DNA of 64,000 nt from Eledone cirrhosa (Eukaryota), in NCBI GenBank assembly GCA_964016885.1, contig OZ024743.1:136090001-136154000 (forward strand), in the 5' to 3' direction. Each line of letters starts with the position of its first letter. Position 1 is the stretch's first letter. Positions 1-13,100 of the stretch are shown in pieces. Below the pieces are notes generated by a model. That model worked only from the letters and a program-made list of their open reading frames with translations. It was not told where the DNA came from and did not search any database. Position numbers and translations under genes: made by a program.

Positions 1-2876
1 CACCAAGCTCCAAGCACCAAACACCAAGCACCAAACACCAAACACCAAGCACCAAGCACCAAACACCAAGCACCAAGCGCCAAACACCAAACACCAAGCA
101 CCAAGCACCAAACACCAAGCAGCAACCACCAAGCACCAAACACCAAGCACCAAGCACCAAGCACCAAGCACCAAGCACCAAACACCAAGCACCAAGCACC
201 AAACAGCAAACACCAAGCACCAAACACCAAACACCAAGCACCAAGCAACAAACACCAAACACCAAGCACCAAACACCAAGCACCAAGCCCCAAGCACGAA
301 ACACCAAGCACCAAGCACGAAACACCAAGCACCAAGCACCAAGCACCATGCACCAAACACCAAGCACCAAGCACCAAACAGCAAACACCAAACAGCAAAC
401 ACCAAACAGCAAACACCAAACACCAAACACCAAACAGCAAACACCAAACAGCAAACGCCAAAAAGCAAACGCCAAACTCCAAACGCCAAACAGCAAATGC
501 CAAACCCAAACGCCAAACAGCAAACGCCAAGCACAAAACACCAAACACCAAGCGCCAAGCACCAAACACCAAACACCAAGCACCAAGCACCAAACACCAA
601 ACACCAAGCACCAAGTACCAAACACCAAACACCAAGCACCAAACACCAAACAGCAAACGCAAAAAAGCAAACGCCAAACCCCATACGCCAAACAGCAAAT
701 GCCAAACCCCAAATGCCAAACGGCAAACGCCAAGCACCAAACACCAAACACCAAGCGCCAAGCACCAAACACCAAACACCAAGCACCAAGCACCAAACAC
801 CAAACACCAAGCACCAATCACCAAACACCAAACACCAAGCGCCAAACACCAAACACCAAACACCTATCACCAAGCACCAAGCACCAAGCACCAAACACCA
901 AACACCAAGCACCAAGCCCCAAGCACCAAACACCAAGCACCAAGCACCAAACACCAAGCACGAAGCACCAAGCACCATGCACCAAACACCAAGCACCAAG
1001 CACCAAACAGCAAACACCAAACAGCAAACACCAAACACCAAACACCAACCAGCGAACACCAAACACCAAACACCAAACAGCAAACACCAAACAGCAAACA
1101 CCAAACAGCAAACACCAAACACCAAACACCAAACAGCAAACGCCAAAAAGCAAATGCCAAACCCCATACGCCAAACAGCAAATGCCAAACCCCAAACGCC
1201 AAACAGCAAACAGCAAACGCCAAGCACCGAACACCAAACACCAAGCGCCAAGCACCAAACACCAAACACCAAGCACCAAGCACCAAACACCAAACACCAA
1301 GCACCAATCACCAAACACCAAGCACCAAGCGCCAAGCACCAAACACCAAACACCTAGCACCAAGCACCAAGCACCAAGCACCAAACACCAAGTACCAAAC
1401 ACCAATCACCAAGCCCCAAGCACCAAACACCAAGCACCAAGCACCAAACACCAAACACCAAGCACCAAGCACCCAGAACCAAGCACCAAGCACCAAACAC
1501 CAAGCACCAAGCACCGAGCACCAAACACCAAGAACCAAGCACCAAGCACTAAACACCAAACACCAAGCACCAAGCACCAAACACCAAACACCAAGCACCA
1601 AACACCAAACAGCAAACGCCAAAAAGCAAACGCCAAACCCCATATGCCAAACAGCAAATGCCAAACTCCAAACGCCAAACAGCAAACGCCAGGCACCAAA
1701 CACCAAACACCAAGCGCCAAGCACCAAACACCAAACACCAAGCACCAAGCACCAAACACCAAACACCAAGCACCAATCACCAAACACCAAGCACCAAGCG
1801 CCAAGCACCAAACACCAAACACCTAGCACCAAGCACCAAGCACCAAACACCAAGCACCAAACACCAATCACCAAGCCCCAAGCACCAAACACCAAGCACC
1901 AAGCACCAAACACCAAACACCAAGCACCAAGCACCAAGGACCAAGCACCAAACACCGAGCACCAAGCACCGAGCACCAAACACCAAGAACCAAGCACCAA
2001 GCACTAAACACCAAACACCAAGCACCAAGCACCAAACACCAAACACCAAGCACCAAGTACAAAACTCCAAACACCAAACACCAAGCACCAAGCACCAAAT
2101 CCCAAGCACCAAACACCAAGCACCAATCACCAAACACCAAACACCAAGCACCAAGCACCAAACTCCAAAAACCAAGCACCAAGCACCAAGCACCAAACAC
2201 CAAACGCCAAACACCAATCACCAAGTACCAAGCACCAAACACCAAGCACCAAGCGCCAAAGACCAAACACCAAGCACCAAGCACGAAACACCAAGCACCA
2301 AGCACCGAGCACCAAACACCAAGTACCAAGCACCAATCACCAAACACCAAGCACCAAGCACCAAACACCAAACACCAAGCACCAAGCACCAAGCATCAAG
2401 CACCAAGCACCAAACACCAACCACCAAGCACCAAACACCAAACACAAAACAACAAGTACCAAGCACCAAACACCAAACACCAAACAACAAACACCAAGCA
2501 CCAAGCACAAGACACCAAGCACCAAGCACCAAGCACCAAGCACCAAAAACCAAGCACCAAGCTCCAAGCACCAAACACCAAGCACCAAACACCAAACACC
2601 AAGCACCAAGCACCAAACACCAAGCACCAACCACCAAGCACCAAACACCAAGCACCAAGCACCAAGCACCAAGCACCAAGCACCAAACACCAAGCACCAA
2701 GCACCAAACAGCAAACACCAAGCACCAAACACCAAACACCAAGCACCAAGCAACAAACACCAAACACCAAGCACCAAACACCAAGCACCAAGCCCCAAGC
2801 ACGAAACACCAAGCACCAAGCACGAAACACCAAGCACCAAGCACCAAGCACCATGCACCAAACACCAAGCACCAAG

Positions 2877-2960
2877 CACCAAACAGCAAACACCAAACAG
2901 CAAACACCAAACAGCAAACACCAAACAGCAAACACCAAACAGCAAACACCAAACAGCAAA
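2877..2960 (+). repeat. 14-bp sub-repeat (CACCAAA CAGCAAA)6; example of the tract that follows CACCATG and leads into the CpG cassette
   Basis: Strict alternation of CACCAAA and CAGCAAA. Similar tracts near 372-455, 8769-8852, 16703-16794, 24254-24337, 56776-56859. Confidence 0.9.
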
Positions 2961-3372
2961 CGCCAAAAAGCAAACGCCAAACTCCAAACGCCAAACAGCA
3001 AATGCCAAACCCAAACGCCAAACAGCAAACGACAAGCACAAAACACCAAACACCAAGCGCCAAGCACCAAACACCAAACACCAAGCACCAAGCACCAAGC
3101 ACCAAACACCAAACACCAAGCACCAATCACCAAACACCAAGCACCAAGCGCCAAACACCAAACACCAAACACCTAGCACCAAGCACCAAGCACCGAACAC
3201 CAAGCACCAAGCACCAAGCACCAAGCACCAAGCACCAAACACCAATCACCAAGCCCCAAGCACCAAACACCAAGCACCAAGCACCAAACACCAAACACCA
3301 AGCACCAAGCACCAAACACCAAACACCAAGCACCAAGCACCAAGCACCAAGCACCAAACACCATACACCAAA

Positions 3373-3456
3373 CAGCAAACGCCAAAAAGCAAACGCCAAA
3401 CCCCATACGCCAAACAGCAAATGCCAAACCCCAAACGCCAAACAGCAAACGCCAAG
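3373..3456 (+). repeat. Reference copy of the 84-bp (12-heptamer) CpG-rich cassette, dispersed in roughly 85-90 full or partial copies
   Basis: CAGCAAA CGCCAAA AAGCAAA CGCCAAA CCCCATA CGCCAAA CAGCAAA TGCCAAA CCCCAAA CGCCAAA CAGCAAA CGCCAAG. Its diagnostic AAAAGCAAA recurs near 460, 661, 1146, 1621, 2965, 3385, 3993 ... 50196, 50665, 56864, 57066, 58222, 58423, 59411, 60656, 60857, 61845 (manual count). Confidence 0.93.
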
Positions 3457-6400
3457 CACCAAACACCAAACACCAAACACCAAGCACCAATCACCAAACA
3501 CCAAGCACCAAGCGCCTAGCACCAGACACCAAGCACCAAGCACCAAACACCAAACACCAAGCACCAAGCACTAAACACCAAACACCATGCACCAAGCACC
3601 AAGCACCAAGCACCAAGCACCAAACACCAAGCACCAAGCACCAAGCACCAAGCACCAAGCACCAAACACCAAGCACCAAGCACCAAACAGCAAACACCAA
3701 GCACCAAACACCAAACACCAAGCACCAAGCACCAAACACCAAACACCAAACACCAAGCACCAAGCCCCAAGCACCAAACACCAAGCACCAAGCACCAAAC
3801 ACCAAGCACGAAGCACCAAGCACCATGCACCAAACACCAAGCACCAAGCACCAAACAGCAAACACCAAACAGCAAACACCAAATACCAAACACCAACCAG
3901 CAAACACCAAACACCAAACACCAAACAGCAAACACCAAACAGCAAACACCAAACAGCAAACACCAAACACCAAACACCAAACAGCAAACGCCAAAAAGCA
4001 AACGCCAAACCCCATACGCCAAACAGCAAATGCCAAACCCCAAACGCCAAACAGCAAACGCCAAGCACCGAACACCAAACACCAAGCGCCAAGCACCAAA
4101 CACCAAACACCAAGCACCAATCACCAAACACCAAACACCAAGCGCCAAACACCAAACACCAAACACCTATCACCAAGCACCAAGCACCAAACACCAAGCA
4201 CCAAACACCAAGCACCAAGCACCAAGCACCAAGCACCAAACACCAATCACCTAGCCCCAAGCACCAAACACCAAGCACCCAGCACCAAACACCAAACACC
4301 AAGCACCAAGCACCCAGAACAAAGCACCAAGCACCAAACACCAAACACCAAGCTCCAAGCACCAAACACCAAACACCAAGCACCAAGCACCAAGCACCAA
4401 ACACCAAACACCAAGCACCAATCACCAAACACCAAGTACCAAGCACTAAACACCAAACACCAAGCACCAAGCACCAAACACCAAACACCAAGCATCAAAC
4501 ACCAAACAGCAAACGCCAAAAAGCAAACGCCAAACCCCATATGCCAAGCAGCAAATGCCAAACTCCAAACGCCAAACAGCAAACGCCAGGCACCAAACAC
4601 CAAACACCAAGCGCCAAGCACCAAACACCAAACACCAAGCACCAAGCACCAAACACCAAACACCAAGCACCAATCACCAAACACCAAGCACCAATCACCA
4701 AACACCAAGCACCAAGCGCCAAGCACCAAACACCAAACACCTAGCACCAAGCACCAAGCACCAAACACCAAGCACCAAGCACCAAACACCAAACACCAAG
4801 CACCAAGCACCAAGGACCAAGCACCAAACACCAAGCACCAAGCACCGAGCACCAAACACCAAGAACCAAGCACCAAGCACTAAACACCAAACACCAAGCA
4901 CCAAGCACCAAACACCAAACACCAAGCACCAGGTACAAAACTCCAAACACCAAACACCAAGCACCAAGCACCAAATCCCAAGCACCAAACACCAAGCACC
5001 AATCACCAAACACCAAACACCAAGCACCAAGCACCAAACTCCAAAAACCAAGCACCAAGCACCAAGCACCAAACACCAAACGCCAAACACCAAACACCAA
5101 GTACCAAGCACCAAACACCAAGCACCAAGCGCCAAAGACCAAACACCAAGCACCAAGCACGAAACACCAAGCACCAAGCACCGAGCACCAAACACCAAGT
5201 ACCAAGCACCAATCACCAAACACCAAGCACCAAGCACCAAACACCAAACACCAAGCACCAAGCACCAAGCATCAAGCACCAAGCACCAAACACCAACCAC
5301 CAAGCACCAAACACCAAACACAAAACAACAAGTACCAAGCACCAAACACCAAACACCAAACACCAAACACCAAGCACCAAGCACAAGACACCAAGCACCA
5401 AGCACCAAGCACCAAGCACCAAAAACCAAGCACCAAGCTCCAAGCACCAAACACCAAGCACCAAACACCAAACACCAAGCACCAAGCACCAAACACCAAG
5501 CACCAAGCGCCAAACACCAAACACCAAGCACCAAGCACCAAACACCAAGCAGCAACCACCAAGCACCAAACACCAAGCACCAAGCACCAAGCACCAAGCA
5601 CCAAGCACCAAACACCAAGCACCAAGCACCAAACAGCAAACACCAAGCACCAAACACCAAACACCAAGCACCAAGCAACAAACACCAAACACCAAGCACC
5701 AAACACCAAGCACCAAGCCCCAAGCACGAAACACCAAGCACCAAGCACGAAACACCAAGCACCAAGCACCAAGCACCATGCACCAAACACCAAGCACCAA
5801 GCACCAAACAGCAAACACCAAACAGCAAACACCAAACAGCAAACACCAAACACCAAACACCAAACAGCAAACACCAAACAGCAAACGCCAAAAAGCAAAC
5901 GCCAAACTCCAAACGCCAAACAGCAAATGCCAAACCCAAACGCCAAACAGCAAACGCCAAGCACAAAACACCAAACACCAAGCGCCAAGCACCAAACACC
6001 AAACACCAAGCACCAAGCACCAAACACCAAACACCAAGCACCAAGTACCAAACACCAAACACCAAGCACCAAACACCAAACAGCAAACGCAAAAAAGCAA
6101 ACGCCAAACCCCATACGCCAAACAGCAAATGCCAAACCCCAAATGCCAAACGGCAAACGCCAAGCACCAAACACCAAACACCAAGCGCCAAGCACCAAAC
6201 ACCAAACACCAAGCACCAAGCACCAAACACCAAACACCAAGCACCAATCACCAAACACCAAACACCAAGCGCCAAACACCAAACACCAAACACCTAGCAC
6301 CAAGCACCAAGCACCAAGCACCAAGCACCAAACACCAATCACCAAGCCCCAAGCACCAAACACCAAGCACCCAGCACCAAACACCAAACACCAAGCACCA

Positions 6401-9400
6401 AGCACCCAGAACAAAGCACCAAGCACCAAACACCAAACACCGAGCTCCAAGCACCAAACACCAAACACCAAGCACCAAGCACCAAGCACCAAACACCAAA
6501 CACCAAGCACCAATCACCAAACACCAAGCACCAAGCGCCAAACACCAAACACCAAACACCTAGCACCAAGCACCAAGCACCGAACACCAAGCACCAAGCA
6601 CCAAGCACCAAGCACCAAGCACCAAACACCAATCACCAAGCCCCAAGCACCAAACACCAAGCACCAAGCACCAAGCACCAAACACCAAACACCATGCACC
6701 AAGCACCAAACACCAAACACCAAGCACCAAGCACCAAGCACCAAGCACCAAACACCATACACCAAACAGCAAACGCCAAAAAGCAAACGCCAAACCCCAT
6801 ACGCCAAACAGCAAATGCCAAACCCCAAACGCCAAACAGCAAACGCCAAGCACCAAACACCAAACACCAAGCGCCAAGCACCAAACACCAAACACCAAGC
6901 ACCAAGCACCAAACACCAAACACCAAGCACCAATCACCAAACACCAAGCACCAAGCGCCAAGCACCAGACACCAAGCACCAAGCACCAAACACCAAACAC
7001 CAAGCACCAAGCACTAAACACCAAACACCAAGCACCAAGCACCAAGCACCAAGCACCAAGCACCAAACACCAAGCACCAAGCACCAAGCACCAAGCACCA
7101 AGCACCAAACACCAAGCACCAAGCACCAAACAGCAAACACCAAGCACCAAACACCAAACACCAAGCACCAAGCACCAAACACCAAACACCAAACACCAAG
7201 CACCAAGCCCCAAGCACCAAACACCAAGCACCAAGCACCAAACACCAAGCACGAAGCACCAAGCACCATGCACCAAACACCAAGCACCAAGCACCAAACA
7301 GCAAACACCAAACAGCAAACACCAAACACCAAACACCAACCAGCAAACACCAAACACCAAACACCAAACAGCAAACACCAAACAGCAAACACCAAACAGC
7401 AAACACCAAACACCAAACACCAAACAGCAAATGCCAAAAAGCAAACGCCAAACCCCAAACTCCAAACAGCAAATGCCAAACCCCAAACGCCAAACAGCAA
7501 ACGCCAAGCACCAAACGCCAAACACCAAGTGCCAAGCACCAAACACCAAACACCAAGCACCAAGCACCAAGCACCAAACACCAAACAGCAAACGCCAAAA
7601 AGCAAACGCCAAACCCCTTACGCCAAACAGCAAATGCCAAACCCCAAACGCCAAACAGCAAACGCCAAGCACCAAACACCAAACACCAAGCACCAAGCAC
7701 CAAACACCAAACACCAAGCACCAAGCACCAAGGACCAAGCACCAAACACCAAGCACCAAGCACCGAGCACCAAACACCAAGAACCAAGCACCAAGCACTA
7801 AACACCAAACACCAAGCACCAAGCACCAAACACCAAACACCAAGCACCAAGTACAAAACTCCAAACACCAAACACCAAGCACCAAGCACCAAATCCCAAG
7901 CACCAAACACCAAGCACCAATCACCAAACACCAAACACCAAGCACCAAGCACCAAACTCCAAAAACCAAGCACCAAGCACCAAGCACCAAACACCAAACG
8001 CCAAGCACCAATCACCAAACACCAAGCACCAAGCGCCAAGCACCAAACACCAAACACCTAGCACCAAGCACCAAGCACCAAACACCAAGTACCAAACACC
8101 AATCACCAAGCCCCAAGCACCAAACACCAAGCACCAAGCACCAAACACCAAACACCAAGCACCAAGCACCCAGAACCAAGCACCAAGCACCAAACACCAA
8201 GCACCAAGCACCGAGCACCAAGCACCAAGCACCAAGCATCAAGCACCAAGCACCAAACACCAACCACCAAGCACCAAACACCAAACACAAAACAACAAGT
8301 ACCAAGCACCAAACACCAAACACCAAACACCAAACACCAAGCACCAAGCACAAGACACCAAGCACCAAGCACCAAGCACCAAGCACCAAAAACCAAGCAC
8401 CAAGCTCCAAGCACCAAACACCAAGCACCAAACACCAAACACCAAGCACCAAGCACCAAACACCAAGCACCAAGCGCCAAACACCAAACACCAAGCACCA
8501 AGCACCAAACACCGAGCACCAACCACCAAGCACCAAACACCAAGCACCAAGCACCAAGCACCAAGCACCAAGCACCAAACACCAAGCACCAAGCACCAAA
8601 CAGCAAACACCAAGCACCAAACACCAAACACCAAGCCCCAAGCAAAAAACACCAAACACCAAGCACCAAACACCAAGCACCAAGCCCCAAGCACGAAACA
8701 CCAAGCACCAAGCACGAAACACCAAGCACCAAGCACCAAGCACCATGCACCAAACACCAAGCACCAAGCACCAAACAGCAAACACCAAACAGCAAACACC
8801 AAACAGCAAACACCAAACAGCAAACACCAAACAGCAAACACCAAACAGCAAACGCCAAAAAGCAAACGCCAAACTCCAAACGCCAAACAGCAAATGCCAA
8901 ACCCAAACGCCAAACAGCAAACGCGAAGCACAAAACACCAAACACCAAGCGCCAAGCACTAAACACCAAACACCAAGCACCAAGCACCAAACACCAAACA
9001 CCAAGCACCAAGTACCAAACACCAAACACCAAGCACCAAACACCAAACAGCAAACGCAAAAAAGCAAACGCCAAACCCCATACGCCAAACAGCAAATGCC
9101 AAACCCCAAATGCCAAACGGCAAACGCCAAGCACCAAACACCAAACACCAAGCGCCAAGCACCAAACACCAAACACCAAGCACCAAGCACCAAACACCAA
9201 ACACCAAGCACCAATCACCAAACACCAAACACCAAGCGCCAAACACCAAACACCAAACACCTATCACCAAGCACCAAGCACCAAGCACCAAGCACCAAAC
9301 ACCAATCACCAAGCCCCAAGCACCAAACACCAAGCACCCAGCACCAAACACCAAGCACCAAGCACCAAGCACCCAGAACAAAGCACCAAGCACCAAACAC

Positions 9401-10179
9401 CAAACACCAAGCTCCAAGCACCAAACACCAAACACCAAGCACCAAGCACCAAGCACCAAGCACCAAACACCAAGCACCAATCACCAAACATAAAGCACCA
9501 AGCGCCAAACACCAAACACCAAACACCTAGCATCAAGCACCAAGCACCGAAAACCAAGCACCAAGCACCAAGCACCAAGCACCAAGCACCAAACACCAAT
9601 CACCAAGCCCCAAGCACCAAACACCAAACACCAAGCACCAAGCACCAAACACCAAACACCAAGCACCAAGCACCAAGCACCAAGCACCAAACACCATACA
9701 CCAAACAGCAAACGCCAAAAAGCAAACGCCAAACCCCATACGCCAAACAGCAAATGCCAAACCCCAAACGCCAAACAGCAAACGCCAAGCACCAAACACC
9801 AAACACCAAGCGCCAAGCACCAAACACCAAACACCAAGCACCAAGCACCAAACACCAAACACCAAGCACCAATCACCAAACACCAAGCACCAAGCGCCAA
9901 GCACCAGACACCAAGCACCAAGCACCAAACACCAAACACCAAGCACCAAGCACTAAACACCAAACACCAAGCACCAATCACCAAGCACCAAGCACCAAGC
10001 ACCAAACACCAAGCACCAAGCACCAAGCACCAAGCACCAAGCACCAAACACCAAGCACCAAGCACCAAACAGCAAACACCAAGCACCAATCACCAAACAC
10101 CAAGCACCAAGCACCAAACACCAAACACCAAACACCAAGCACCAAGCCCCAAGCACCAAACACCAAGCACCAAGCACCA

Positions 10180-13100
10180 AACACCAAGCACGAAGCACCA
10201 AGCACCATGCACCAAACACCAAGCACCAAGCACCAAACAGCAAACACCAAACAGCAAACACCAAACACCAAACACCAACCAGCAAACACCAAACACCAAA
10301 CACCAAACAGCAAACACCAAACAGCAAACACCAAACAGCAAACACCAAACACCAAACACCAAACAGCAAACGCCAAAAAGCAAACGCCAAACCCCATACG
10401 CCAAACAGCAAATGCCAAACCCCAAACGCCAAACAGCAAACGCCAAGCACCGAACACCAAACACCAAGCGCCAAGCACCAAACACCAAACACCAAGCACC
10501 AAGCACCAAACACCAGACACCAAGCACCAATCACCAAACACCAAGCACCAAGCGCCAAGCACCAAACACCAAACACCTAGCACCAAGCACCAAGCACCAA
10601 ACACCAAGTACCAAACACCAATCACCAAGCCCCAAGCACCAAACACCAAGCACCAAGCACCAAACACCAAACACCAAGCACCAAGCACCCAGAACCAAGC
10701 ACCAAGCACCAAACACCAAGCACCAAGCACCAAGTACCAAACACCAATCACCAAGCACCAAGCACTAAACACCAAACACCAAGCACCAAGCACCAAACAC
10801 CATACACCAAGCACCAAACACCAAACAGCAAACGCCAAAAAGCAAACGCCAAACCCCATATGCCAAACAGCAAATGCCAAACTCCAAACGCCAAACAGCA
10901 AACGCCAGGCACCAAACACCAAACACCAAGCGCCAAGCACCAAACACCAAACACCAAGCACCAAGCACCAAACACCAAACACCAAGCACCAATCACCAAA
11001 CACCAAGCACCAAGCGCCAAGCACCAAACACCAAACACCTAGCACCAAGCACCAAGCACCAAACACCAAGCACCAAACACCAATCACCAAGCCCCAAGCA
11101 CCAAACACCAAGCACCAAGCACCAAACACCAAACACCAAGCACCAAGCACCAAGGACCAAGCACCAAACACCAAGCACCAAGCACCGAGCACCAAACACC
11201 AAGAACCAAGCACCAAGCACTAAACACCAAACACCAAGCACCAAGCACCAAACACCAAACACCAAGCACCAAGTACAAAACTCCAAACACCAAACACCAA
11301 GCACCAAGCACCAAATCCCAAGCACCAAACACCAAGCACCAATCACCAAACACCAAACACCAAGCACCAAGCACCAAACTCCAAAAACCAAGCACCAAGC
11401 ACCAAGCACCAAACACCAAACGCCAAACACCAAACACCAAGTACCAAGCACCAAACACCAAGCACCAAGCGCCAAAGACCAAACACCAAGCACCAAGCAC
11501 GAAACACCAAGCACCAAGCACCGAGCACCAAACACCAAGTACCAAGCACCAATCACCAAACACCAAGCACCAAGCACCAAACACCAAACACCAAGCACCA
11601 AGCACCTAGCATCAAGCACCAAGCACCAAACACCAACCACCAAGCACCAAACACCAAACACAAAACAACAAGTACCAAGCACCAAACACCAAACACCAAA
11701 CACCAAACACCAAGCACCAAGCACAAGACACCAAGCACCAAGCACCAAGCACCAAGCACCAAAAACCAAGCACCAAGCTCCAAGCACCAAACACCAAGCA
11801 CCAAACACCAAACACCAAGCACCAAGCACCAAACACCAAGCACCAAGCGCCAAACACCAAACACCAAGCACCAAGCACCAAACACCAAGCACCAACCACC
11901 AAGCACCAAACACCAAGCACCAAGCACCAAGCACCAAGCACCAAGCACCAAACACCAAGCACCAAGCACCAAACAGCAAACACCAAGCACCAAACACCAA
12001 ACACCAAGCACCAAGCAACAAACACCAAACACCAAGCACCAAACACCAAGCACCAAGCCCCAAGCACGAAACACCAAGCACCAAGCACGAAACACCAAGC
12101 ACCAAGCACCAAGCACCATGCACCAAACACCAAGCACCAAGCACCAAACAGCAAACACCAAACAGCAAACACCAAACAGCAAACACCAAACAGCAAACAC
12201 CAAACATCAAACACCAAACAGCAAACGCCAAAAAGCAAACGCCAAACTCCAAACGCCAAACAGCAAATGCCAAACCCAAACGCCAAACAGCAAACGCCTA
12301 GCACAAAACACCAAACACCAAGCGCCAAGCACCAAACACCAAACACCAAGCACCAAGCACCAAACACCAAACACCAAGCACCAAGTACCAAACACCAAAC
12401 ACCAAGCACCAAACACCAAACAGCAAACGCAAAAAAGCAAACGCCAAACCCCATACGCCAAACAGCAAACGCCAAACCCCATACGCCAAACAGCAAATGC
12501 CAAACCCAAACGCCAAACAGCAAACGCCAAGCACAAAACACCAAACACCAAACGCCAAGCACCAAACACCAAACACCAAGCGCCAAGCACCAAACACCAA
12601 ACACCAAGCACCAAGCACCAAACACCAAACACCAAGCACCAATCACCAAACACCAAACACCAAGCGCCAAACACCAAACACCAAACACCTATCACCAAGC
12701 ACCAAGCACCAAACACCAAGCACCAAACACCAAGCACCAAGCACCAAGCACCAAGCACCAAACACCAATCACCAAGCCCCAAGCACCAAACACCAAGCAC
12801 CCAGCACCAAACACCAAACACCAAGCACCAAGCACCCAGAACAAAGCACCAAGCACCAAACACCAAACACCAAGCTCCAAGCACGAAACACCAAACACCA
12901 AGCACCAAGCACCAAGCACCAAACACCAAACACCAAGCACCAATCACCAAACACCAAGCACCAAGCGCCAAACACCAAACACCAAACACCAAGCACCAAG
13001 CACCAAGCACCAAGCACCAAACACCAATCACCAAGCCCCAAGCACCAAACACCAAGCACCAAGCAAGAAGCACCAAACACCAAACACCAAGCACCAAGCA

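Larger units (their letters stand above)
1..6296 (+). repeat. Direct segmental duplication, 1-866 matches 5431-6296 (offset 5430)
   Basis: Rare CAGCAAC unit at 120 and 5550; ORF starts 348/5778 and 497/5927 are both offset 5430 with identical N-terminal translations; the match breaks at CACCTAT (861) vs CACCTAG (6291). Confidence 0.88.
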
